DNA from: a virus
Direction: 5' to 3' (one strand)
DNA length: 64,000 nt
Virus record (IMG/VR): IMGVR_UViG_3300021976_000006
Span: 30,232-94,231 of that record
Part shown: piece by piece, positions 9,086 through 19,617 of the stretch
Layout: each line of letters opens with the position of its first letter
How positions within the stretch are numbered: the stretch's first letter is position 1
Notes under the pieces: model-generated
Seen by the model: only the letters and a program-made list of their open reading frames with translations
What the model was told of the DNA's origin: nothing
Database searches by the model: none
Translations under genes and position numbers: made by a program

Positions 9086-11530
9086 TTAAACTGCTAATGT
9101 AAATGTTTTCTTAGACCAAACTGCTGTAGCCTCTCTCCGGTATTCTTCAAGTAACGCTCTAAAAGATATGACTGTACCTATTGGATAAGATGCTACTGGA
9201 TAATTAGTATTCAGATATGCTAATGTAACAGTTGGAGGACCAAACTCTATAGGAACAAACTTCATTGGATTGTAATCAGATGTAATGATAGGAATCCAGC
9301 CGGTATTATCTGCATTAGTAGCCTTAAACCAGAATGATGAAGAACCTGTACTAACTTTTCTTTGGTATGTAGATCCCTGTAATGCTGTTATAACTCCGTT
9401 AGGATCTGCGGCTGTACCAGCAAAATTAAACCCAACTTTAGCCCCACTTACAAATACAGGCGGATCATTGGTTATTGCTAAAGCAGTACCAGTTACTAAT
9501 CCTGTTGATGAGTTTAGCCAAATAGTATTTGTCAAAGGATAGATACGTTCTATGAAATATTGAACACCTACAGCCGTTGCGACAAGGACGTAATCACCAA
9601 CATTTAAGTCAACAACACTTGACATACCTGTTATGATTCTGCTTCCAGTAGTAACATTTCCTGTTACAGCTATTGCATGCGCAGTACCCGCCCTAGAACA
9701 GTTATAGATTAAATCATCTCCTGATGATGGCAGTCTAGAAAACAATAACTGACCCACATCATATGTTCCAGATGTTGGGGGTAATGTTGATACTCTTTTT
9801 AGACCGTCAGAATATATCTTATTAGAATACGCACTGCTACTTTTAGCTTCGTTCTCTAATGAAAGTACCTGAAACGATTTTAATCTGGTAAAACCAGATG
9901 GACTTCCTATCAATAACAAAATACTCTTAACCTCTGGTTTAACAGAGAAGTAAACCGGAACTATACTAGGGGTAGGAGTGCCTGTTAAATAACAACCGCC
10001 ATAATTTGTTGAATAGGCAAACGTTTGAACACCTTGATTATATTCTACAGAAGTATCTAACATACTAGTTGTACTTGAAGTTATCTCTTCTCCAAAATCA
10101 TCAAAAAACTTGACTCCGATTTGTCCAGCACTTCCTGATAATCCACTTCTTATGACAGCAAATTTATGTCCTGTATCAGTAGTTAGTCTGACAGCAAAAG
10201 CATTTCTTTTAAGTTCAACATATTGACCATTGCCTTTATTTAGAAGTACAGCATCTACATCACCGACAATAGGACTGATAGGTGCTGCAACTCCTGTAGT
10301 AAAATCAGCAAATAACATCCCACTACAAGTGATTTGATTGTTAGCATACCTAACAGATTTCTCACCTAAATTACCAGAATCGTAAATGGTTCTACCAAAT
10401 TGAGCTTCTGCATATAGATTCTGGGAGCTTATATATCTATTCTGTTTAGTCTCACTATTATCTTGTAAAGCATTAGCCTCTCTTGCTCTTTGCCTGTCAA
10501 AAGTATAAGCTACTTCAATAACGTTATTTCTTGAGTCATTATTTATAATAAATGCAGGACCCGGCGGACTCGTATTAACCATGGATGAATTACCTTCATT
10601 TCTACAGTTTAATATCTTAGAGTCAAAGGCCCTATCCATCACAACGGCCTGAGAGAATCCAGGAGCAGATGTTTGCCAACTTAGTTCAAACGAGGGGCTA
10701 TAGTAGATATTATCATCTCCATACATCCTTACGCCAACCCGAGTCTGTCCAGGTAAATACCCTGTAGTAGTGGTAAATCTTCCTCCGTAGAATTTATTCT
10801 CATTACACCATCCTATATTTTCACCGTCACTTATAGTATCTTGATATACTCCATACTTATTTGAGTTGATAAACTGTAAATATACCTTGTTATAGGCAAA
10901 TCCAGCCTTATCCCCCATACAAACAAGCCCTTTGTAAAACCCATCTATTTTCTCAATATAGACATCACAAGTATCTAGGTTTGTAAGTCTTATGCCTTCA
11001 TATGCTGTATTATCCCATGATGTTAAAGTTCTTGTAGCTCTTATATTGAGTTTCAAAACGTTATTCCTGCTTGCCACATCAGGAGTTCCATACGATAATG
11101 CAGTTCTATCCTGAGTCCCAGCATAGAACAACTGACCCTTCATTTCAACATTAATGTTATCTTTAATATTAAGCGTATCTGTTATTCTAAAGATATAACC
11201 AGTAGGGAATAGTAAAGTTGACACCCTTGAATTGGGATTACTACCTAATAAATAAGCGACATCAGAAGCTCTTTGTAATGCAGCAGTATCATCTGCAATG
11301 TTATCTCCAACTGCACCAAATAATCGTACATCAATAGTATCAGAATAATTTAATTTAAAATATTCTATTCCTAATTTTCTATATATAGGAGTAGTTAATC
11401 CAATAAATGCATCATCTATAGGAGTAACATTATCAGGTTGTAATGTAACTTTAGTATAAGTAGAAACTTCTTTTGTCTTACTATTAATTATATTTGTTAG
11501 AGTATCACCTACTCTTATATATTCTGCCAT
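9086..11530 (-). CDS. Tail spike, beta-helix depolymerase-like
   Basis: IDVRLFGAVGDNIADDTAALQ (Pectate_lyase_3-type N-cap) followed by beta-helix repeats. Confidence 0.75.
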   Translation of the reverse strand: MAEYIRVGDTLTNIINSKTKEVSTYTKVTLQPDNVTPIDDAFIGLTTPIYRKLGIEYFKLNYSDTIDVRLFGAVGDNIADDTAALQRASDVAYLLGSNPNSRVSTLLFPTGYIFRITDTLNIKDNINVEMKGQLFYAGTQDRTALSYGTPDVASRNNVLKLNIRATRTLTSWDNTAYEGIRLTNLDTCDVYIEKIDGFYKGLVCMGDKAGFAYNKVYLQFINSNKYGVYQDTISDGENIGWCNENKFYGGRFTTTTGYLPGQTRVGVRMYGDDNIYYSPSFELSWQTSAPGFSQAVVMDRAFDSKILNCRNEGNSSMVNTSPPGPAFIINNDSRNNVIEVAYTFDRQRAREANALQDNSETKQNRYISSQNLYAEAQFGRTIYDSGNLGEKSVRYANNQITCSGMLFADFTTGVAAPISPIVGDVDAVLLNKGNGQYVELKRNAFAVRLTTDTGHKFAVIRSGLSGSAGQIGVKFFDDFGEEITSSTTSMLDTSVEYNQGVQTFAYSTNYGGCYLTGTPTPSIVPVYFSVKPEVKSILLLIGSPSGFTRLKSFQVLSLENEAKSSSAYSNKIYSDGLKRVSTLPPTSGTYDVGQLLFSRLPSSGDDLIYNCSRAGTAHAIAVTGNVTTGSRIITGMSSVVDLNVGDYVLVATAVGVQYFIERIYPLTNTIWLNSSTGLVTGTALAITNDPPVFVSGAKVGFNFAGTAADPNGVITALQGSTYQRKVSTGSSSFWFKATNADNTGWIPIITSDYNPMKFVPIEFGPPTVTLAYLNTNYPVASYPIGTVISFRALLEEYRREATAVWSKKTFTLAV

Positions 11531-11541
11531 TTCTTATTTAT

Positions 11542-13770
11542 TTAAACTGTTGTTCCTGTTGCGTCTTTCCAAGCAGCACCCCACCACCAAATTGGTTTTT
11601 GAAGTGTGGTATCAGCATACTGTCTCCCTATGTCTGATGCTCCGTATGTTGGTCTTTGTGCGGTTGTCCCACTTACAATCATAGCGACCCTATCGTAACT
11701 TTGCCAAACACCAGAAGCATCTTGTACTTGTAACCACAAACTCCTTTTACTCACATCCCCAGCAGCGGCAGACATAAATAATTTAAATGAACCTCCTGTT
11801 GTCGCTTCTGCATTTGATCTATAATAAACACCACCACCAGAAGCAGCAGGGAAGTTAGTTGCACCTACACCGGCTATAAAAGGCACTGATTTCGCTCCTG
11901 CACTTAAAGTTGTTCCAGGAACATTCGTGTTGCTATCTGTAATAGATATGTAAGCACCCCATATTTTCTCCCAACCTGTATTACCAATGAAAGCTCTTTT
12001 AATATATAAGCCATTACCGGATGTGGCATCATCTGTCCTCAACCACAATGATCCGGGAGTAGCTGTTACAACGCTTTCTGGATCACCTGTACCACTTAAT
12101 ATTTTAGTATTACCATTTAGTGTAAATCCTGTTGTATTTAATGTAGCAGCATTTACATCACCTATAGATATTATATTACCAGTTTTATGATCAAATGTTA
12201 TTGTAGCAACAGCAGTATTATCTGCTTTATATAATGTTGTTTTATATAATCCACTTGTATTAGTATTTCTACCAATAGATACTCCTCCTTCAGCAGTAGA
12301 TATTGTAGGAGAATTTATAGATAGTATTGAAGTACTATTACCAGTTGCTGGATCATGTGTTACATCGATAGGAATAACAGATATGTTATTCTCTTTAATC
12401 CCTCTATTTTGAGCAGCAGCACCTGAGTTTGTATAAGTTCTATTATTTAAATATGGGTTTGTCCTTGCTACTATAATATCATTTTTAGCAGAATAACTAC
12501 CTAAAGTATTTATAGGTCTATTCATTGACACTATTTTAGCTAGAGGATTAACTGTATTTGGAGTAAAGAAATTACCATCAAAATTAATATGTATCATTGC
12601 TGGAGTAAAAGCATTATATACAACATATGTATTATTTACTCCTGTAGGATCATAACTAGAGGTAATTTGATTTTCTACAAATGTATTACCAGATATATTT
12701 ATAACTAAACCAGCATCTACTGAAGGTATAGCTTCTATAATATGTACTTGTTCTGTAGTATATATAAAATTCTCTTTAAGATTGAGAATACAATTTTGAG
12801 GAATATCCCCAGAATTACCTAGATTTCTAAATCTAATAAAGGCTTTAGTACCTGCTAAATCTTTACAATTAAATTCTAAATATCCTCCTGTTATATTTAA
12901 GACTTTACATCTACCAATATACATCATATAAGATCCATTTAATTCAAAGTAGCAATTTCTAAAATTGATAACTTCTCCTAATGATCCTGCATTGAATCCT
13001 ATTCCTATATTTAGAGAGAATTGACAAGCATTAAATAATGCTCCATTTGCTAAAGTTTCCCCTACACATAAAAATCCATTACTTGCTGCTCTTGAGAACA
13101 TACATGATTCAAATACAGCATAATAAAAAGCGCCTGTTATTACTATATTATTTCTAAATGAAGTAACAGATACATTTTCCATTCTACCACATACAAATTG
13201 ATCGATAGTAATACCATCTATATCAGTTCTTAAAGTGGCATTATTAAGATAAATATTATGAAATGTAGAATCAGCTTGTCCTGCTGGACATTGTATAGCT
13301 GTTGTATATACTATATCTTCCCCAACCCAATTAATTTTAACTAAACCATCAGCTTTACCAAAAGTAGATCCTCTACGAGATAATCTTCCTTGACCTTGAA
13401 ATTTAATTTGTTTATTACTTGTTATATTTAAAGTTTTAGATATATTATAAGTTCCTTGTGGAAATACTAAGGTTTTATTATTAATAGTATCAATGGCTTT
13501 TTGAATAGCATCTGTATCATCAGTAATACCATCTCCTTTAACACCAAACCATTTTACATTAATATCTAAATCAAATATTCTTTTAAATACTTCAGTGCCA
13601 TGTTCTACAGTTATCATCTGTCTGTAGATATATCCATCTAAAGTAATTCCTACTGGATTGGGAACTTTTATAAGTTCTATTAACTCACCAGTAATAGAAT
13701 CCAGTACATTAGATAATACTATATCTCCATTATTTTTAACTGTTCTAATAAATTGCTTTATTTCTGCCAT
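11542..13770 (-). CDS. Tail spike, beta-helix depolymerase-like
   Basis: INVKWFGVKGDGITDDTDAIQKAID; C-terminal GTTAQRP...PIWW...WKDATG module common in phage spikes. Confidence 0.75.
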   Translation of the reverse strand: MAEIKQFIRTVKNNGDIVLSNVLDSITGELIELIKVPNPVGITLDGYIYRQMITVEHGTEVFKRIFDLDINVKWFGVKGDGITDDTDAIQKAIDTINNKTLVFPQGTYNISKTLNITSNKQIKFQGQGRLSRRGSTFGKADGLVKINWVGEDIVYTTAIQCPAGQADSTFHNIYLNNATLRTDIDGITIDQFVCGRMENVSVTSFRNNIVITGAFYYAVFESCMFSRAASNGFLCVGETLANGALFNACQFSLNIGIGFNAGSLGEVINFRNCYFELNGSYMMYIGRCKVLNITGGYLEFNCKDLAGTKAFIRFRNLGNSGDIPQNCILNLKENFIYTTEQVHIIEAIPSVDAGLVINISGNTFVENQITSSYDPTGVNNTYVVYNAFTPAMIHINFDGNFFTPNTVNPLAKIVSMNRPINTLGSYSAKNDIIVARTNPYLNNRTYTNSGAAAQNRGIKENNISVIPIDVTHDPATGNSTSILSINSPTISTAEGGVSIGRNTNTSGLYKTTLYKADNTAVATITFDHKTGNIISIGDVNAATLNTTGFTLNGNTKILSGTGDPESVVTATPGSLWLRTDDATSGNGLYIKRAFIGNTGWEKIWGAYISITDSNTNVPGTTLSAGAKSVPFIAGVGATNFPAASGGGVYYRSNAEATTGGSFKLFMSAAAGDVSKRSLWLQVQDASGVWQSYDRVAMIVSGTTAQRPTYGASDIGRQYADTTLQKPIWWWGAAWKDATGTTV

Positions 13771-13772
13771 TC

Positions 13773-13946
13773 TTATATTGTAAATATATCATCAGATTCT
13801 TCAGGTACAAAAGAATCACCTTGTTCTCCTTGAGGACCTGGAACTGAATTAGTTATTGAAGTAGATAAGTTATTAACTATATTAGGAGCTATTAAGCTTC
13901 CACAAGTACAGTTACAACTTCCACATTTATTACATTTGTTAAACAT
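13773..13946 (-). CDS. 57-aa Cys-rich peptide with a short collagen-like stretch
   Basis: Below the ORF-track cutoff. MFNKCNKCGSCNCTCGSLIAPNIVNNLSTSITNSVPGPQGEQGDSFVPEESDDIFTI; its stop is 2 nt before the spike ATG. Confidence 0.65.
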   Translation of the reverse strand: MFNKCNKCGSCNCTCGSLIAPNIVNNLSTSITNSVPGPQGEQGDSFVPEESDDIFTI

Positions 13947-13969
13947 TATTATTTTATTTAAAATTATAA

Positions 13970-14131
13970 CTATGCGTCGAACAAATCGTCGCTGAAAATA
14001 GGTGTAGGAACTTCTCCTGCTGGACCTGCTGGTCCTTCTTCACCCGGCATTGAAACTATATATTGCCTAGTTAAATTAATCTCCGCATTATAGTCACAAC
14101 TACAATTATCTATATTACATTTTACACACAT
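13970..14131 (-). CDS. 53-aa Cys-rich peptide with a short collagen-like stretch
   Basis: MCVKCNIDNCSCDYNAEINLTRQYIVSMPGEEGPAGPAGEVPTPIFSDDLFDA; ATG overlaps the upstream stop (TAATG). Confidence 0.65.
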   Translation of the reverse strand: MCVKCNIDNCSCDYNAEINLTRQYIVSMPGEEGPAGPAGEVPTPIFSDDLFDA

Positions 14132-14391
14132 TATGATAGTTTATTAACTTGTTTAAAAATTGCTTGTATAGCATTACTATTTAAATAATTAGTATATTGT
14201 AAGCTATTAAATTTATCTTGTTCCCAAGAACTTAAAGTCTTAGCATATAATAATAGTTCTTTGACTTTTAACTTACAACTATCCATACCAGATATTCTAG
14301 CTGTATAGTATTGTAAGATTTTATCATAAACTATTTTATCAGACTTAATCTTTAAATTATTGAATTCATCTAGAGTTAGAGTATTAGCCAT
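14131..14391 (-). CDS. Small structural protein (tail fibre hub region)
   Basis: 86 aa ORF coupled to its neighbours in the structural operon. Confidence 0.4.
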   Translation of the reverse strand: MANTLTLDEFNNLKIKSDKIVYDKILQYYTARISGMDSCKLKVKELLLYAKTLSSWEQDKFNSLQYTNYLNSNAIQAIFKQVNKLS

Positions 14392-15192
14392 TTAGCATCC
14401 ACAATTATAGTTACATGCTCTCTGAGCACTTACGATTAGTTCATTAGCCTTTACAAAGTCTCCATTATCAAATGCATACTGAGAAGCCCATTTAAGTAAC
14501 TCTATTTCGAATAAAGTATTTACTACATCATTATTATCACAATCACAACTAGTAGCTAATTTACCTACTTTATTATATAAACAAGTTGTAGTAGATACAT
14601 CAGTTATAAATTTAACATTAGCTTTATAAGATGGATAAAATAAATTAGTAGTATCTTGTAATTCTTCTACTAAGTATAAAATAGTACCACCATTAGTATC
14701 TTTAGTTTTATCTATATCATAAGTCTTCTCATTAACTAATACACTATCGTATTGTAGATAAGTAGCTAATCCAGTACCTGTAATAAAAGGATTACCAGTA
14801 GCAGCTATTACTCCTGTTTTAGCAGTAGTAAGTACACTATACATATTAAGATCAAATACTCCATCTTCAAATGGAATAAATATAGTTGTTTGTCCTAGAC
14901 TAATAGAAGTAATTTCTATTTCAGTACCAGAAGTAATTTGATTAATTGTAGGAGTAATAAAGTATTCTGGATGTAGTATATCTGCTACTCTAACATAAGT
15001 TTGTTTAAATATATCAGTAGTACTATATTGACTTATTGAAAATATAATTTTATTTATATCTCCTACAGCAGTATTAGGAAAACCATATCCAGTGGGATTT
15101 GATACTGAATAAATTCCTGTAGTATCTTTAACTCTGATAATACCACCAGTTTTATCTATATCTACAAAAGAGACTTTTGTTTGTAATGCCAT
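14392..15192 (-). CDS. Putative tail fibre hub/adaptor protein
   Basis: 266 aa, DTTGIYSVSNPTGYG N-terminus and Cys-rich C-terminus (CDC...CNYNCGC) as in crAss-like structural proteins. Confidence 0.5.
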   Translation of the reverse strand: MALQTKVSFVDIDKTGGIIRVKDTTGIYSVSNPTGYGFPNTAVGDINKIIFSISQYSTTDIFKQTYVRVADILHPEYFITPTINQITSGTEIEITSISLGQTTIFIPFEDGVFDLNMYSVLTTAKTGVIAATGNPFITGTGLATYLQYDSVLVNEKTYDIDKTKDTNGGTILYLVEELQDTTNLFYPSYKANVKFITDVSTTTCLYNKVGKLATSCDCDNNDVVNTLFEIELLKWASQYAFDNGDFVKANELIVSAQRACNYNCGC

Positions 15193-15210
15193 TATTTTTA
15201 TTGTTATTTA

Positions 15211-15242
15211 CAAAGTTACTAATAATTAATTATATTTCCAAA
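15211..15242 (-). promoter_or_regulatory. Bacteroidota housekeeping-sigma promoter
   Basis: TTTG-20 nt-TAACTTTG upstream of the 15192 ATG. Confidence 0.65.
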
Positions 15243-15248
15243 TATATT

Positions 15249-16253
15249 TTACGTTATGTTGAGTGTAGCTCCAGCATTTGTCGTAACTATTGACTTAACA
15301 CTGTCTACTGGTAATATATAAGAAGAATATGTGTAAGGAGGACGATATAAAGAATTAGTATTACCTGCCATAAAAATATCACCACAACTAACTAATTTAG
15401 TTGAACTCCATCCTGAGTTTTCTCCTGGAATAGGAGCTTCAGGAGTAGGATCAAAGTTATCTCTATATGGATTAAATACATTTTCCATAGAATTATTTTC
15501 TAATCGCATTCTACACCCACAATGACAAGCTATTGCATAACCGCCACTAGGTGCTTGAATATCCTGCATAAAGTTATTAAATAAATGAACTTCTCCCCAT
15601 AAAGTAGATGGGCCACGTTCCCATGTATCGTGATACCAATTACCATACAAAGTAGTTTTCAGATTAGCACTGTCATCAATAACTGCACTAAATCCTATAA
15701 GATTTGGGATTGGGTTGTGGTGCATCCTATTCCATGAACAGGTTACATAGCTTGCTCTATTCCCAATATCTAATAGTCCATCATAGAAATCATACCCACT
15801 ATCCAAATCTGAATATAAGTTGCAATGATCTACCCATACATGATGAGCATCTTCTTTAATTATGATATTGGATAACCCCTGTATCTTACCAATGGTCATA
15901 TTACGAATGATTACATTACTGTAGCCATACACCATCAAAGCAGCACCTTCCAGCACTGAACCAGTTACACCTAATATAGTCTTGTTAGATTTAATATTGA
16001 TGTATTCTGCACCATTACCATAAGCAATACCTCCTACCGGATCATATTTTATAATAATATGAAATGTTTCTGCAGCTTCACAAGCAGCTTTAAAATCTGC
16101 AAAATTAGTTGCTGTATACTCCTGAGTATCTGGATGATCTGCTCCACCAGTAGTAGTTCCATTTTCCATAGCATAGCCAAATATGTTAAACATAGGAGAA
16201 GGAGCTGTTGAGCTCCCACTACTTGCTATACTACCATATAATCCCCTTATCAT
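15249..16253 (-). CDS. Pectate lyase family 1 (PL1)-like protein
   Basis: GTTGG-like N-motif, SNKTILG, NVIIRNM, VWVDHC, DGLLDI, RGP; no signal peptide. Confidence 0.85.
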   Translation of the reverse strand: MIRGLYGSIASSGSSTAPSPMFNIFGYAMENGTTTGGADHPDTQEYTATNFADFKAACEAAETFHIIIKYDPVGGIAYGNGAEYINIKSNKTILGVTGSVLEGAALMVYGYSNVIIRNMTIGKIQGLSNIIIKEDAHHVWVDHCNLYSDLDSGYDFYDGLLDIGNRASYVTCSWNRMHHNPIPNLIGFSAVIDDSANLKTTLYGNWYHDTWERGPSTLWGEVHLFNNFMQDIQAPSGGYAIACHCGCRMRLENNSMENVFNPYRDNFDPTPEAPIPGENSGWSSTKLVSCGDIFMAGNTNSLYRPPYTYSSYILPVDSVKSIVTTNAGATLNIT

Positions 16254-16257
16254 TATC

Positions 16258-17058
16258 TTAGACTGCTAAATCACCCGATACTAACCAAACATCAGTTCCT
16301 GTTTTAATTAAAGTAGCAGTTGAAAATTGTACATTAGTTTTTAATTTACCTCCAGCTGAATTTAGTGTTACTCCTCCAATTGGAGTTATTGTTACTTGAC
16401 CAGCACCTAATTGGCTAACCATTATATTAGCTCCTATTGGAAAAGCTACTGTTGCATTAAGTGGTATTGTTAAAGTATTAGCACCAGCAACATTCATATT
16501 TATTAATTTCGTATTATCAGCTAATACTAATGTATAATTAGCTACCGGAGTATTAATAACTATGTTAATATCACTCTTACCATTTAACTGAGTTTGTATA
16601 GAACTAGTAACACCATCAACATAACTTAATTCTGTATTAGTTATTGTACCAATAGAAGTTGTTGCAGGTAATACTACAGTTCCTGTAAAGGTTGGTGAAG
16701 CAGAGTTTGCTTTTAAGCCTATTGCGGTGGCTTGTGCTGTACTAACTGGTTTAGCTGCATCAGATGTATTATTAACAGATCCTAGTCCAACCATAGCAGC
16801 AGTAATACCAGTAACTGTACCAGTAAATGCTGGATTAGCTAATGGAGCTTTTAAATCCAATGCTGCTTGTATCTCTGGAGTAATACCTCCACTACCACCA
16901 CCAATTGCTGGTAGACTATTAAAGGGAGTTTTACCATCAGCTATTTTAATTTTGGAAGTATCATTATAAAAGGTTATAACTGTATCTTTAGGAAATATTG
17001 TATTACCCGATACTGCTGATGCTTCTACTACTTCAATTACATTATATTTTTTTGCCAT
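16258..17058 (-). CDS. Putative head/tail fibre protein
   Basis: KIKIADGKTPFNSLP N-terminal fibre motif, VGLGSVNNTSDAAKPVSTAQ repeat, C-terminal LIKTGTDVWLVSGDL domain. Confidence 0.6.
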   Translation of the reverse strand: MAKKYNVIEVVEASAVSGNTIFPKDTVITFYNDTSKIKIADGKTPFNSLPAIGGGSGGITPEIQAALDLKAPLANPAFTGTVTGITAAMVGLGSVNNTSDAAKPVSTAQATAIGLKANSASPTFTGTVVLPATTSIGTITNTELSYVDGVTSSIQTQLNGKSDINIVINTPVANYTLVLADNTKLINMNVAGANTLTIPLNATVAFPIGANIMVSQLGAGQVTITPIGGVTLNSAGGKLKTNVQFSTATLIKTGTDVWLVSGDLAV

Positions 17059-17070
17059 TTATTTAAACTA

Positions 17071-17112
17071 AAAAAGGAGTAATCAATAATCTATTGACTA
17101 TTAATCACTCCC
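17071..17112 (-). terminator. Probable intrinsic terminator after the auxiliary capsid gene
   Basis: Minus strand GGAGT...ACTCC stem followed by a T-run. Confidence 0.4.
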
Positions 17113-17136
17113 TTTAATTAAAGATTAATTATTTAA

Positions 17137-18087
17137 TTATCCTTCTACTGTAAGTGCTTCAGCTGGCTCAGATGCAATATATGGAGTAAGGATAGCTTCA
17201 AAAGCTGTGCCTGCACCTGCAGTAATTGCAATATAAGTTGTCCTTGGAGCTGCTTTTTCTCCCTCTACTACTGAATTAGTATCATGAATATGATCTTCTT
17301 CAATTACATAAGTATCGTAATTTGTACCAGCTACAGACAAATATTGACCTGATGGTGCTGGGAATGAAGTCCAGTTAGTTTTACCAACATAACCTTGACC
17401 ACGTTGTTCTAATGTACGTACTTGTGAGAAATTACCATTTCCAAATCCTGGAGCAGTAGTATAAACTATTGTACCTGAAGCTGCTGGAAAAGCAATTGGA
17501 TAAACTGTATTATCAAGAGATGTTGAAAATACATCAAAGAAGTATTGAGCAGGATACTCACCAATATAATTGGCTGTACCAGCTACTGATTTTGCTGTCA
17601 AAATCAAAGTAGTTGTACCAGTTGCAGTTACAGTTGAAGCAGGATCAGCATTAATCTGTGTCCTAAATTTATCTCCTAAAGTAGTTGCTGTTTCACCGGT
17701 TACTGCTATTACAGAATAAGTACGTTTGTTTTGACGAGCCTGAAGAATTTCTTTATCAGATTTATCAATTACAGAAACTGTGTACTCAATTCCTACAACA
17801 GGAGCGGCTAAAGTTACTGTTACTACTTGTTCAACTCTCGCTGCATAAACTTGCTTTTCATAGCTTCTAACATCCTTCAATGAGATTAAATCAGAAAAGA
17901 CTCTTGTTCCATCAGGGGCACCTACTACAATACGAAATTTATCACCAGCGGCAATAGTATCTGCAGGAGCATAAGGAGTTCCGTCTTTCTTAACTATAAT
18001 CCATTGACCTGCTGTTAAAGCTGCAACTGTTGCAGCGGCTGCACCACCAGTGGTTACTAAGACTTTATAAACTCTGTTTGTTACCAT
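17137..18087 (-). CDS. Auxiliary capsid (decoration) protein
   Basis: 316 aa Ala/Thr-rich protein with highly expressed codon usage; position downstream of MCP in the crAss layout. Confidence 0.6.
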   Translation of the reverse strand: MVTNRVYKVLVTTGGAAAATVAALTAGQWIIVKKDGTPYAPADTIAAGDKFRIVVGAPDGTRVFSDLISLKDVRSYEKQVYAARVEQVVTVTLAAPVVGIEYTVSVIDKSDKEILQARQNKRTYSVIAVTGETATTLGDKFRTQINADPASTVTATGTTTLILTAKSVAGTANYIGEYPAQYFFDVFSTSLDNTVYPIAFPAASGTIVYTTAPGFGNGNFSQVRTLEQRGQGYVGKTNWTSFPAPSGQYLSVAGTNYDTYVIEEDHIHDTNSVVEGEKAAPRTTYIAITAGAGTAFEAILTPYIASEPAEALTVEG

Positions 18088-18104
18088 TATTTTATTTTAT
18101 TTAT

Positions 18105-18779
18105 TTAATTTTTATTTAATTCATTTAAATTTGTCTGATACCTTGGAGACTCAAAGTTTTCAAGTACCATTGAAACTGCCATATTTAGTATATCACTATG
18201 AACATGAGAACTTAATTCACAATCTACATCTGTAGTTGGTATTATATATTCTGTTCCTAATCTAATACTAACAGGTACTTTAATATAAGTAATTGTTACA
18301 TTTGATAATGTATAGTTTCCTTTAGTTTCATATACAATATTTTTACCTTGTATATAGTATAGTGGCTCATCAGCTGAAGGTGTCCAAAAAGGATCTTTCA
18401 ACATTTGATTAATAAACTCATGTGTAGTTTGTATACCACCAACAATATGAGTTCCACAAGTATCTCCACCTGTTGTAGTACATGAATGTCTTACTAAATG
18501 TAGATAATCTGCTGGTAAAGCTAAAGTATATCCAGTAGCTGTAGGAGTAGGACTTAAGCTAGCAGTTTTAACTATCCAGCTTAAATCATCTATTCTTTGT
18601 TGGTCTTGTTCAAAACCAAGTTGTCTCTTATCATTTGGATAAGCTCTATCTTCAATAAATTGATCTTGAGCTTTATTTAACCAATAGTCTTTTTGTTCAG
18701 CTAATATATAAGGAAATTCAAAGTCTTTAGTTTTATCAACTTCTATATCAAAGTTATTATGAAAATCCCTTGCTGTCAT
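18105..18779 (-). CDS. Head-tail ring protein
   Basis: WLNKAQ...GFEQDQQRIDDL...YIKVP...CELSSHVH..I...AV, a conserved crAss ring-protein pattern. Confidence 0.65.
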   Translation of the reverse strand: MTARDFHNNFDIEVDKTKDFEFPYILAEQKDYWLNKAQDQFIEDRAYPNDKRQLGFEQDQQRIDDLSWIVKTASLSPTPTATGYTLALPADYLHLVRHSCTTTGGDTCGTHIVGGIQTTHEFINQMLKDPFWTPSADEPLYYIQGKNIVYETKGNYTLSNVTITYIKVPVSIRLGTEYIIPTTDVDCELSSHVHSDILNMAVSMVLENFESPRYQTNLNELNKN

Positions 18780-19564
18780 TATTTACCTTTTTTCTTATCA
18801 GAACTATTTAATTGAGCCATTAAATCTACTTTGAGACTTTGTCTTGATGGGTCATCAATATAAGTCAATGCTGATTCCTCATCATGACCTATGAAGTCAT
18901 CTCCATAGTAATATGAACTCTTATTTTTTCTAAGGATAGTTGCTTGTACCAATTCTTTTAATAGAATTTTACTATCACGTTTTTTATCTTTAGCTTGTGC
19001 TACAAACTTAGCAGGATCTTTTTCTAATTGTTCATATAGTTTAGCTTCTATTACAGAAGGTGAAACACTATCAAGATTAGTAAATCCTGGGTAAAGTTTT
19101 AAAATATCTTTTTTATTTTCAGCAGATAGAGATCCATATAGTGTATACGCTTCAATTTTAACTGATGCTTTACTATTTGCAACTTCTGCTTCTTTATTTT
19201 CATCAATAATGTAGTAGTCTTTAATACCAAAATCAGAATCTGTAATAGACCTTGCTATCCTTTTATGACCACCTATTAAAAACAGATATTGAAGTTCTTG
19301 TTTTGCAGTTGAGATATCAAGCTCTTGCTCTTTATCTGACATAACAATAGCAAATTCATGCCAGTATTGTGATGTATTACTTAAATCAACTTGTAATTTT
19401 TTACCTAGTCTAACTTCATCTTCTTCACTAAGACCTGTATATAGAACTCCTCTTTCATCATAATAAGAAGTAATATAATCTTTAGTATTTTTATATCTAA
19501 CGAAACCATTAAATGCGTTAGTACCTGTTTTCTCTATTAGTTTAATCTTTACTATTTTACTCAT
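18779..19564 (-). CDS. Conserved crAss-like protein downstream of MCP
   Basis: 261 aa, YTGLSEEDE.RL; synteny. Confidence 0.55.
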   Translation of the reverse strand: MSKIVKIKLIEKTGTNAFNGFVRYKNTKDYITSYYDERGVLYTGLSEEDEVRLGKKLQVDLSNTSQYWHEFAIVMSDKEQELDISTAKQELQYLFLIGGHKRIARSITDSDFGIKDYYIIDENKEAEVANSKASVKIEAYTLYGSLSAENKKDILKLYPGFTNLDSVSPSVIEAKLYEQLEKDPAKFVAQAKDKKRDSKILLKELVQATILRKNKSSYYYGDDFIGHDEESALTYIDDPSRQSLKVDLMAQLNSSDKKKGK

Positions 19565-19580
19565 AAAATTTTTTGAAATA

Positions 19581-19602
19581 AGGGTAGCTTAATTGCTACC
19601 CT
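19581..19602 (-). terminator. Hairpin after MCP (terminator or attenuator)
   Basis: AGGGTAGC-6nt-GCTACCCT perfect stem. Confidence 0.45.
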
Positions 19603-19617
19603 CACTAAATTATTTAA

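Noticed and set aside
9086-13770. Tail spikes as remote DGR targets
   Set aside because: I found no segment matching TR1 or TR2 by eye; their higher GC looks like module exchange. A computed search would be needed to exclude it fully.
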